Assembly (NCBI GenBank): GCA_028279265.1
Contig: JANQOC010000717.1
Location: forward strand, 1-41,422
Direction of reading: 5' to 3'
DNA: 41,422 nt
DNA from: Hyphomicrobiales bacterium
GTDB taxonomy: Bacteria; Pseudomonadota; Alphaproteobacteria; Rhizobiales; CAYWUX01
The translations under genes were made by a program, and so were the position numbers. The notes below the pieces were generated by a model. The model was not told the DNA's origin and searched no databases. It worked only from the letters and a program-made list of their open reading frames with translations. Below are positions 24,819 through 31,640 of this stretch, in pieces. How positions within the stretch are numbered: position 1 is the stretch's first letter; each line of letters begins with the position of its first letter.

Positions 24819-24957
24819 GTTGGAGGTCCAGTAAAATTCGATCAAGTTCGATGATTTCTCTATTCAAGGTGAGAAGGCGGGCGCGGGCGACAGCGACCTG
24901 GGCGGCCAGGTTCGGCCGCCCATCTTTCTTAGTCGTTGGAGACATTGTTTCGACCAT
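24652..24957 (-). CDS. Hypothetical coiled-coil protein (3' part overlaps the Ref-like gene out of frame)
   Basis: AAQVAVARARLLTLNREIIELDRILLDLQ looks genuine. The acidic tail may be a frame shadow of the basic Ref N-terminus. The start among 24990, 24957 and 24945 is uncertain. Confidence 0.4.
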   Translation of the reverse strand: MVETMSPTTKKDGRPNLAAQVAVARARLLTLNREIIELDRILLDLQHGIRNQEAFRFKLQETFGLETEEGVEENGVQENRESSTPWLDKLKKKIEKPEDET

Positions 24958-25072
24958 GGGTTTGATCGTAAACATCCTGAGAAATGCCATCAGGATTTCC
25001 CGAATGCTTGGCGAGAAGATCCCCGCACGCGGCCAGAAACGAGAGAAGAATAAGGGAGAAGATGATTTTCAT
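24929..25072 (-). CDS. Small lipoprotein (47 aa)
   Basis: ATG 25072 with SD agagga. MKIIFSLILLSFLAAC|GDLL carries a lipobox. Confidence 0.65.
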   Translation of the reverse strand: MKIIFSLILLSFLAACGDLLAKHSGNPDGISQDVYDQTHGRNNVSND

Positions 25073-25082
25073 AAGTGATCCT

Positions 25083-25193
25083 CTATAAAATCGGTTGTCG
25101 AAGTTCATAGAGCCAAATACCAGCAACAAGAATGGACCATAAGATAAGAATCACAATAACAGAGATCGCGATTCGTGTAAACCACTTGTTCAT
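25083..25193 (-). CDS. Mini membrane peptide (36 aa)
   Basis: Hand-translated: MNKWFTRIAISVIVILILWSILVAGIWLYELRQPIL. Its ATG overlaps the upstream stop (ATGA). Confidence 0.5.
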   Translation of the reverse strand: MNKWFTRIAISVIVILILWSILVAGIWLYELRQPIL

Positions 25194-25648
25194 AAATCCC
25201 CCCGTTTATACAGTTCAAAATGACCTTGAATAGCATTCCAAAATTCCAGCGCAACTTCATCATCCTGAATATCAGCCCTGGATTTTACGCCGATAACATC
25301 CCGCAATAAATCGGCTGTTTTTTCTTGCCTGGTCTTTCGATCCCAGTTGTTTTGAAATTCGCCGGCATTGTACGAACTGAACAGAAAAAGTTGGAATTGC
25401 AAATCGTCACAAAGCAAAGCCGCCTTTTGCGCGACAGGGTTTATTGATTTCGGTTTTGCTTGCGGTTCCTCCTCGCCCATCTTGGCGATGGCAACCCATA
25501 GCGTTCGGTCGGGAAGGGGCGGACCTAGCATTTCCAGGACTTCGCCCTGTTGTTCCATTTCAACTTCGAAGACAACCTGGATCTTCTTTCGCTGTAAAGC
25601 CGGGCGCCAGGTGTGATAGGTGGCCTTGATAACTTTCGCGTCGGTCAT
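25190..25648 (-). CDS. Hypothetical protein
   Basis: Track ORF, 152 aa, in a compact operon. Confidence 0.6.
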   Translation of the reverse strand: MTDAKVIKATYHTWRPALQRKKIQVVFEVEMEQQGEVLEMLGPPLPDRTLWVAIAKMGEEEPQAKPKSINPVAQKAALLCDDLQFQLFLFSSYNAGEFQNNWDRKTRQEKTADLLRDVIGVKSRADIQDDEVALEFWNAIQGHFELYKRGDL

Positions 25649-25651
25649 TAT

Positions 25652-25921
25652 TCAGCCCATATATTCATTGCGAAGTAAGAACAGCCGGGCTTTAATCATG
25701 GCGTCGATTTCAACCGGATTGCTTTTTGCCAACTCCAAGCCTGTTATGTCGAAAGAAAAAGGTTCAAAATAGCTTCTAATGAACCAAGCTATGGAAACAG
25801 TAAGTCCATCTTCTTCATAATGACCTCCGACCTCACACCAAACGGGAGGATCATCCATGCTTGATATTTGATTCAAAGCCAGCTTAAAGGCCCATTGGTA
25901 ATTTTCATGTTTGTTTTTCAT
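25652..25921 (-). CDS. Hypothetical protein
   Basis: Track ORF, overlaps the upstream stop by 4 nt. Confidence 0.6.
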   Translation of the reverse strand: MKNKHENYQWAFKLALNQISSMDDPPVWCEVGGHYEEDGLTVSIAWFIRSYFEPFSFDITGLELAKSNPVEIDAMIKARLFLLRNEYMG

Positions 25922-26178
25922 GGATCTTCCTTATAGGGCTTCGGAACCGCGTCTTCATAGGCTATGTCAAAAAAATCCCGGCGCTGTTGATAATTCCAGG
26001 TCCGGATCTGAAGCATATTCATCCACACCTTTTTATACATTCCCGGGGAAACTTCATATTTGGCGGCGAACTTATCCATATGTCTATTGATCTGGATTTG
26101 AACCGACCGTGGGGGATCCGGTAATTTGGCCGCGTGGCGATAGGCGACTTCGGTAAATCTTTTCAGGCTATGACTCAT
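25918..26178 (-). CDS. Hypothetical protein
   Basis: Track ORF in a compact operon. Confidence 0.6.
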   Translation of the reverse strand: MSHSLKRFTEVAYRHAAKLPDPPRSVQIQINRHMDKFAAKYEVSPGMYKKVWMNMLQIRTWNYQQRRDFFDIAYEDAVPKPYKEDP

Positions 26179-26482
26179 CTAGAATTTCTCCCGTTTCAGG
26201 ATCATAGTTCGGTTCCGCACTGGTCGAAAAAGGTTGATTGACTGTTGGATTTTCCAAAGCTGGATCTTTGAGGTTGTAGCCGTACCAGCCTTTATTAAAC
26301 TTCTGCCCCGCGAATATCAGTTCAACCAGGGTGATGAAGGTTTGAGCATCTTCAGCCGATGGGGCGCGGCGTTTATACATCTCAGCAAATCCATCGCGCA
26401 GTTCAGCGGCCAACTTTCCGACTTTAGCAACATCGCGCTGGAAGGCATCAGTTTCATCTCTGGTGTAATTGGCTTTAATCAT
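26168..26482 (-). CDS. Hypothetical protein
   Basis: Track ORF, first gene after the RecT-distal hairpin. Confidence 0.6.
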   Translation of the reverse strand: MIKANYTRDETDAFQRDVAKVGKLAAELRDGFAEMYKRRAPSAEDAQTFITLVELIFAGQKFNKGWYGYNLKDPALENPTVNQPFSTSAEPNYDPETGEILDES

Positions 26483-26493
26483 GTTTCACCCTT

Positions 26494-26534
26494 ATAAAAT
26501 GCCCCGCCTGGAATATGGCTCAACCAGGCGGGGC
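26494..26534 (-). terminator. Intra-operon terminator/attenuator downstream of recT
   Basis: Perfect 11-bp stem gccccgcctgg/ccaggcggggc, followed on the minus strand by ATTTTATAA. Confidence 0.55.
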
Positions 26535-26573
26535 GCCGACGCTTTGTTAGGGATAGTTAGAAGGGGGCGCCGG

Positions 26574-27431
26574 CTAAACTAATTCCCCAATCTTGTCATT
26601 GATCATCTTCCTCAATTCCATGGCTTCCGCCTTGCGACCGGGTTCGGCCCAGAACTGATTGAAGAAGATTTTATTCCGATCCAGCCAAACCTTAATCGAT
26701 AAGGCATCGTTGGTTTCGACCATCTCTTCGACCTTAGCCGCATATTGATCAAACGGGATCATTTCCTTTTCATTGGTGAGATCTTCGAAACAGATATGGC
26801 CGACAGCTTTCGCTAATTGTTTGCGCTGGCCTTCCTGCCATTGCTTGGCGTCTTCGGTTGGCGTTATATTGACCATCGACCTTTCCCATTCGGTCGGTTC
26901 ATAAATACCTTCAAAGACCGTCGGGAAAGCCTTGCGGAAGTTCTGGGCCTCGCCGCACTTGGCGATTTGGTTGCGGCCGCGCTTGATCCAGTGTTCGCCG
27001 GCCTTGCCGTATTTGTCTATCGGAACAAATTCATCCCAGTAAACAGTGGTTACGGTCGGAAACCAATCGTCGTCCACCTTTTTCCAGATCTTGGTTGTGC
27101 AACTTTCAATCCCGAGCGGGTTGGTTTTTGGGTTTTTCAGTTCATCTTTTATTTCGAACTTTGCCGGTTCATCGTCTGGGCGATATTTGCCCGTTTCTTC
27201 GGCCTTCCGGCGCCAGCCATCAATCCCGACCACGGGGACGATCTTTCGTTTTGCTGGGTCATTCTTATTATAGACCATGAAGTAAATTTCACGGCGCAAC
27301 GGATTAAAGCCGGTCATTTCGGCGAACGTGATGCACCAGTCAACATCGGTCTGGTTATCGATATCTTTGCACGCGGTAGACCAGATCAAGGCCCGTTCGC
27401 GAGAATTAAATGTGATGAGTTGATTTGCCAT
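26574..27431 (-). CDS. recT: RecT-family single-strand annealing recombinase
   Basis: GFNPLRREIYFM, VGIDGWRRKAEETG and KCGEAQNFRKAFP are typical RecT motifs. Confidence 0.85.
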   Translation of the reverse strand: MANQLITFNSRERALIWSTACKDIDNQTDVDWCITFAEMTGFNPLRREIYFMVYNKNDPAKRKIVPVVGIDGWRRKAEETGKYRPDDEPAKFEIKDELKNPKTNPLGIESCTTKIWKKVDDDWFPTVTTVYWDEFVPIDKYGKAGEHWIKRGRNQIAKCGEAQNFRKAFPTVFEGIYEPTEWERSMVNITPTEDAKQWQEGQRKQLAKAVGHICFEDLTNEKEMIPFDQYAAKVEEMVETNDALSIKVWLDRNKIFFNQFWAEPGRKAEAMELRKMINDKIGELV

Positions 27432-27530
27432 TCTATTACCCTTCTAAGTTTAGGTCGGTGATCTAAGGCGACCCGATCACCGAATTTTCCCTTTCATCCA
27501 TATTTCTATGGGATCGCCGCCGGGAATGGA

Positions 27531-28055
27531 TTACTTGAACCGAATGTTCACTTGTTCGCCGCCATTGTCAAGTCCCGCCCCGGGGATAACTCGACCATTT
27601 TTCTCCGCATCCCGGACATCGAGGTCCAAAGATTTTTTATCAAGCTTTGGATCCTGGGGCTGCCAGTAATTATCGGGGATTAATGTTTCGTCTGAGATAA
27701 CCAGTTTTCGCTTGGTAGCCGAAACCGAAACTGTGGCGAGAGGCCGCTCAATTTTCTTAGTTTCCGCGACCTGGCACGCATTGAGGACCGCCGCAAGTAG
27801 GAGACTATATCGTTTCTCAATACGGCTTTTGCGCTGGGAAGCTTCCCCCAGGATGATTTTAATCCCTTCAATAAGTTGTTTGTCATTGGCCATCTGCCAT
27901 AAAGCTTGATCCACCATCTCAAAAAGATCGGTTTCCCCTTCCAGGGTATCTTGGAGTAAGTCGTGATCATCGGCAAAGATATCCGCCATTTGGGATTTAA
28001 GGATCTCGGCAGCGCCGACGGCTTTGTTCAGCTTTGCTTCTTTGGAATGTGCCAT
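27531..28055 (-). CDS. Siphovirus Gp157-like protein
   Basis: N-terminal coiled coil, then C-terminal ...VSVSATKRKLVISDETLIPDNYWQPQDPKLDKKSLDLDV..GRVIPGAGLDNGGEQVNIRF, matching the Gp157 family pattern. Adjacent to recT. Confidence 0.6.
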   Translation of the reverse strand: MAHSKEAKLNKAVGAAEILKSQMADIFADDHDLLQDTLEGETDLFEMVDQALWQMANDKQLIEGIKIILGEASQRKSRIEKRYSLLLAAVLNACQVAETKKIERPLATVSVSATKRKLVISDETLIPDNYWQPQDPKLDKKSLDLDVRDAEKNGRVIPGAGLDNGGEQVNIRFK

Positions 28056-28116
28056 ATTAGGTTCCCTTCAATTGAAATGAAAAATGCGGCCAGGAGCGGA
28101 TCTGGCCGCATTCGCT

Positions 28117-28203
28117 TTACTGGACGAACTTAATTAACAGGATGAAAAACGCACTGGACGCAACCACAAAAAACGCCTGACCGATCCAGAAATGTTTGGT
28201 CAT
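28117..28203 (-). CDS. Mini membrane peptide (28 aa)
   Basis: Hand-translated: MTKHFWIGQAFFVVASSAFFILLIKFVQ. SD gaggatagg. First ORF after the promoter candidate. Confidence 0.4.
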   Translation of the reverse strand: MTKHFWIGQAFFVVASSAFFILLIKFVQ

Positions 28204-28236
28204 AGTCCTATCCTCTAAGTTTCAGCAACAGGTGAA

Positions 28237-28265
28237 CCATAAGTTTATTCGCGGACTAATGTCAA
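28237..28265 (-). promoter_or_regulatory. Promoter candidate TTGACA-N17/18-TTATGGT for the Gp157/recT operon, overlapping the 13-mer motif
   Basis: The minus strand reads cccTTGACAttagtccgcgaataaacTTATGGTtcacc, directly after terminator 28279..28312. Confidence 0.5.
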
Positions 28266-28278
28266 GGGCTTTTTCCAC

Positions 28279-28312
28279 AAAAAAACGGGGCCGTCTATCC
28301 GCCGACGGCCCC
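28279..28312 (-). terminator. Rho-independent terminator after the Acb2-like gene
   Basis: ggggccgtc/gacggcccc 9-bp stem. The minus strand continues TTTTTTT. Confidence 0.8.
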
Positions 28313-28388
28313 GCCCCAGGTTCCCTGATCCTTTGGTGTCGCCATTGATTAGGCCAAGGCGATGGATCCAGGGATCCCACCCCGCGAC

Positions 28389-28676
28389 TTAGTTCATGGG
28401 AAGAGATTCTTCGTTTGATTTTCTGGCGGTTGGGCTCACTTCTCTAGGATTAAAAACGGACTTGACAAAAAACATTTCCACTTCTTCCAAATGGGTTTTT
28501 GCTAAGGAAGACCAGCGCAACCGCCGTCCATCGGATTGTAATTTTTCAAAATCTTCAATTTGCGCTTTTATTCTAGCGATATCGATTTTAAAATTGTTGA
28601 CTAGGTCCACATGGCCTTGGCTTTGAGGCTTATAGCCTTCCACGGGAAGAGCTGCATGTTCGGTTTCGTCTGTCAT
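28389..28676 (-). CDS. Small helical-hairpin protein, Acb2-like (cyclic-oligonucleotide sponge) candidate
   Basis: ATG 28676: MTDETEHAALPVEGYKPQSQGHVDLVNNFK...LRWSSLAKTHLEEVEMFFVKSVFNP. The G-Y...(15 aa)...K spacing and the W..(A)KT..E....F..(R/K)..F.P tail match my recollection of the Acb2 family. Not verified. Confidence 0.4.
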   Translation of the reverse strand: MTDETEHAALPVEGYKPQSQGHVDLVNNFKIDIARIKAQIEDFEKLQSDGRRLRWSSLAKTHLEEVEMFFVKSVFNPREVSPTARKSNEESLPMN

Positions 28677-29049
28677 TTTGCTTGATAGCCTTTCTGATAA
28701 GTTGTGTTGCCCGCCAGCGCCACCAAGCGGTGCCAACACGTTGACTTCCCAAGTAAGTGGCGCCGGAAACAGTAGACCAATTGATCAAGTGGACGATGTA
28801 GTTTCCATACCTATCGTCGTGGTGGGCGACACCGTAAACATATCGAACACCATCTTCGCGGAACCATTGAATTCTCGGATTAGGTTTGAGAAGGTCGAAT
28901 ATAGCCATAGGTAAATAATTTAAATCTATTTGCATATGTGCCTGACGGGCGATTGATTGATTCGCAACGAAAACTCCACCATCTGCAAAGACAAACATAT
29001 GGTTGAAGAATGCCCGCCAGGTCTTGACGTTGATAAACTGTTCGTTCAT
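28630..29049 (-). CDS. Hypothetical protein divergent from the Cro-like gene (start uncertain)
   Basis: ATG 29049 (MNEQFINVKTW...). Upstream of it the track ORF is antisense to the Cro-like gene and Cys/His/Arg-rich. Alternative starts at 28998 and 28935. Confidence 0.45.
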   Translation of the reverse strand: MNEQFINVKTWRAFFNHMFVFADGGVFVANQSIARQAHMQIDLNYLPMAIFDLLKPNPRIQWFREDGVRYVYGVAHHDDRYGNYIVHLINWSTVSGATYLGSQRVGTAWWRWRATQLIRKAIKQNDRRNRTCSSSRGRL

Positions 29050-29060
29050 AGAATGCAACC

Positions 29061-29306
29061 ATGAAAAAAGAAAATGTGAAAAACGTCCGACAGCTTGTGA
29101 ATTATCTCGGTGGTGATGATGAGTTATCGGACAGATTATCGAATGCCGGCATGCGTATCTCCAAGCAGGGCGTTCGCAAGTGGATATATTTGGGCAACAT
29201 TCCCCTGAAATGGTGGCCCTTCCTTTGTGACTATGGGGATTTTTCAATTGACGAGATGTACCAAATCGTTTTACGCAGCAAGAAAGTGAAGTCTTTAGCT
29301 GCCTAA
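29061..29306 (+). CDS. Cro / YdaS-like HTH regulator
   Basis: ...SDRLSNAGMRISKQGVRKWIYLGNIPLKWWPFLCDYGDFSIDEMY fits the YdaS/Cro-type HTH pattern (vs.qaV.kW...g.iP). It is the first rightward gene. Confidence 0.65.
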   Translation: MKKENVKNVRQLVNYLGGDDELSDRLSNAGMRISKQGVRKWIYLGNIPLKWWPFLCDYGDFSIDEMYQIVLRSKKVKSLAA

Positions 29307-29360
29307 TTTGCGTCCAGCGTAAAAAGTTCAAATCTTCAGCCGTTCAGCGGAGAATTTTTT

Positions 29361-29738
29361 ATGCAGGAAACAAAGTGGAAACCCCATATTTTCAATGCTG
29401 CCAAGCGTATGTGGCTCGACGGACGGTCGGGTCAGTATATTGCTTTGCAATTAGGGAATGGGCTGTCATCGTCGGCCGTTGTCTCAAAAATGAACCGGGA
29501 AGGCCTGGCCAGGGATCCGGCAAAACGGATTAAGAAAAAACGGGTTTATGATCCCGCCAAATACGTCAAGAAAAAGCGTTATGTTACCCCGGATCCCTGG
29601 GTCATTCCAAAGCGCCCCCGCCATGCTCGGGGCAAGCACGCTAGTTCCGAGTGGTATAAGAATTGTAATTTCGCTTTTGCTCAAAAGATGGCCCGCGCGG
29701 GTTATCTGCCGGTGTTTCCAGACTGGGTTTATGCATGA
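29361..29738 (+). CDS. GcrA-like cell-cycle regulator N-terminal domain protein
   Basis: W(K)PHIFNAAKRMWLDGRSGQYIALQLGNGLSSSAVVSKMNREGLAR aligns with the GcrA N-domain W.....LkklW.eG.SasqIA..LG.gvSRnAViGKvhRlGL. The C-terminus is not GcrA-like. Confidence 0.6.
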   Translation: MQETKWKPHIFNAAKRMWLDGRSGQYIALQLGNGLSSSAVVSKMNREGLARDPAKRIKKKRVYDPAKYVKKKRYVTPDPWVIPKRPRHARGKHASSEWYKNCNFAFAQKMARAGYLPVFPDWVYA

Positions 29739-29920
29739 TGCGATATCTTTGGAAACTGATTGATTATTACATCATTTCACCTATTAGCTTTCGAGGGACG
29801 CCCATTGAACGTTCCTGGTATGAATATAAGGAAGAGCCTTTACAGTTTGAATGCGATGACAATCTAGAAAGGATGATACGTGATAGGACTAAAGCCGCCG
29901 GAAGGCGACAATCGAATTAA
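29735..29920 (+). CDS. Hypothetical small protein
   Basis: ATG overlaps the upstream stop (ATGA). Confidence 0.5.
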   Translation: MMRYLWKLIDYYIISPISFRGTPIERSWYEYKEEPLQFECDDNLERMIRDRTKAAGRRQSN

Positions 29921-30098
29921 AAAAATAATAGCCTTATCCCTTTCGGTTGAAGGGGAACCGGTTCTCCATTGTGAAACAGAGATGGTTAAGGAGCATTACA
30001 TAAGCCTGAACCAGCTCAATAGGACCGAGCGAAACCGGGTTTACTTGGCCCTAAAACATCAAATTGATGGTCTGGGGCCGCGAATTCTGAATCCATAG
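29880..30098 (+). CDS. Hypothetical small protein (GTG start, weak call)
   Basis: Track ORF that overlaps the previous ORF by 41 nt. The only internal ATG is at 29982. Confidence 0.35.
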   Translation: MIGLKPPEGDNRIKKIIALSLSVEGEPVLHCETEMVKEHYISLNQLNRTERNRVYLALKHQIDGLGPRILNP

Positions 30099-30140
30099 AA
30101 TTTCCGGTAACGGTTGCGCGTAACGGAAAAGGGGGATCCC

Positions 30141-30356
30141 ATGTTGATTAATAATTATTCCGATCTCATCAATCAATTATTAGACAATTACGGGATCCCC
30201 GCATCCAACCGGCAATATTCCCGAACCGCCGGCGGCCGAATCAATGGCCTGACCATTATACGGGGCGGGGAACGCATTCAGGTCAAGAAAATCGGCCTTT
30301 CCTCCAACCAGGAAAACCGCATTTACGAGGGATTGAAACGCATCCTGGTCCCTTGA
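30141..30356 (+). CDS. Hypothetical small protein
   Basis: ATG 30141 with SD aaaggggga (MLINNYSDLINQLL...). Confidence 0.55.
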   Translation: MLINNYSDLINQLLDNYGIPASNRQYSRTAGGRINGLTIIRGGERIQVKKIGLSSNQENRIYEGLKRILVP

Positions 30357-30412
30357 TCTCCATGCTACAAATCAGATAAGGCAAAAGTTCGACATATCGG
30401 GGGACTTCATCT

Positions 30413-31357
30413 ATGCCTAATCGTGCCATCGCCCTTTTGCTTTACCTTGGATCCCTGGGAATGCTGGGCGTTATCCTTCTTATTGAATATGGCTTCGGTC
30501 ATTCACTTGCCGAAGACGCCAAACAAGCCTGGCTGCATATGGGGATCGGGGTTTTCGGGCTCTTATCTATTTGGACATCCGGATCCTTAGTTGCTCATCC
30601 GGGCTGGGGATATAAGGCCGGCGGCGCTTTTGCGGGCATGTTTGCCCTGTTCTTCGCCGCCTTCACCTTCGTTAATATCGCCGGCTATTCCGCGTCTAAG
30701 CCCCTGCAAAGAAACGCGGCGGCTGAAAAGAATGTGGCTATCAAAAAGGAAAGCTTTGACAAACAGGTGGAATTCCGCGCCGGAACAACCCAGTGGATGA
30801 AACAGCAAACCATCCGGGGAAAGAACACCAACCGCGCCGACCGCCGCGCTGCCCTGAAAGCCATTCAGGAAATGGCAACATCTGGTCCCATAGCGGGTTA
30901 CAAGGTCACCGCCGAAGAGGCTATGCCGGACCCCCAAGCGGCCGCTGTGGCCATGATGTTTGGGGTTTCCATTGACTGGGCCAGGATGGGGATCTCGGGC
31001 TATGCGGCGATTGCAGCGATCCTCGCAGAGCTCTTTGGCGGGTTTTTCGCACCAATCCTATGGAGCCTCGACCGGTCTACCGTGAAAAAATCCCTTCGCG
31101 GCCAGGTCGTCGAAATCAAAAAGGCTATCTATACACCCCTACGCCTGGCACCCCCGGAACACCCGGTTAAGAAGTGGGGCAAGAAACTCCCCAAAGAACA
31201 GCACAATCTCACAAAGCTCTTCGATCAATATTCCGAAGAGGCCAAATTGCACAAATGGCCCATACCTCGGAAACCTGATTTCGCTATTCTGATTAAGGGA
31301 TGCGGGTTCATGAAAAACCCAAGGCGGAAGGGCTATTATATGCCGAAACCAACTTGA
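30413..31357 (+). CDS. Polytopic membrane protein with a basic soluble C-terminal region
   Basis: About four N-terminal TM segments (IALLLYLGSLGMLGVILLI, MGIGVFGLLSIW, FAGMFALFFAAFTFVNIAG), a further hydrophobic pair near residue 200, and a Lys/Arg-rich tail. Confidence 0.65.
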   Translation: MPNRAIALLLYLGSLGMLGVILLIEYGFGHSLAEDAKQAWLHMGIGVFGLLSIWTSGSLVAHPGWGYKAGGAFAGMFALFFAAFTFVNIAGYSASKPLQRNAAAEKNVAIKKESFDKQVEFRAGTTQWMKQQTIRGKNTNRADRRAALKAIQEMATSGPIAGYKVTAEEAMPDPQAAAVAMMFGVSIDWARMGISGYAAIAAILAELFGGFFAPILWSLDRSTVKKSLRGQVVEIKKAIYTPLRLAPPEHPVKKWGKKLPKEQHNLTKLFDQYSEEAKLHKWPIPRKPDFAILIKGCGFMKNPRRKGYYMPKPT

Positions 31358-31464
31358 CAAAGGAGAACCGGCGGTTCAGGGTAGAAGCCGCCGGCTGGAA
31401 AGGTATATCATAATGGGGCCAGACCGACGCGCGGATCGTGATACGCAAATCCCCAGCCTGGCTA

Positions 31465-31492
31465 ACGGGCGATGTTCAAACCCGTGTTTTTT
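31465..31492 (+). terminator. Weak terminator candidate
   Basis: acggg-(11 nt)-cccgt followed by gTTTTTT. The stem is only 5 bp. Confidence 0.3.
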
Positions 31493-31640
31493 GATGGCTA
31501 AAGTGATTTGCACATTTGGTCAACAATTTATTTAGGAGAAACTTAGATAGTCAGGAAGACACCGAGAAGCCTTTTAAGTTTGGAGTAGGGCCTGGTTCGA
31601 TGTCTCCCTGTCGATCTTCAATAAAGGAAAGGTTAATATA

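Noticed and set aside
26817-27461. 214-aa plus-strand ORF
   Set aside because: It is entirely antisense to the RecT gene, which has strong family motifs. Its composition is that of a shadow frame.
27455-27483. 9-bp-stem hairpin between the Gp157-like gene and recT as a terminator
   Set aside because: On the transcribed (minus) strand it is not followed by a U-tract. It is more likely an intercistronic RNA structure, and I did not call it a terminator.
28630-29331. Full-length 233-aa minus-strand track ORF
   Set aside because: Its first 94 codons are antisense to the well-formed Cro/YdaS-like gene and encode a Cys/His/Arg-rich, non-protein-like sequence. I kept only the part from ATG 29049.
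29880-30356. Possible tandem paralogy between 29880..30098 and 30141..30356 (shared ...N..ENR[IV]Y..LK... near the C-termini)
   Set aside because: The similarity is limited to about 12 residues, and the first ORF itself is a weak GTG-start call. That is too little to claim duplication without an alignment statistic.
31368-31394. GC-rich 7-bp hairpin right after the membrane-protein gene as a terminator
   Set aside because: No T-run follows it (ctggaaagg), so evidence for termination is insufficient.
31440-31492. tRNA-like GTTCAAACC element in the long non-coding region
   Set aside because: No cloverleaf can be drawn. The only pairing is a 5-bp stem with an 11-nt loop followed by a T-run, so it is at most a weak terminator, not a tRNA or tRNA fragment.
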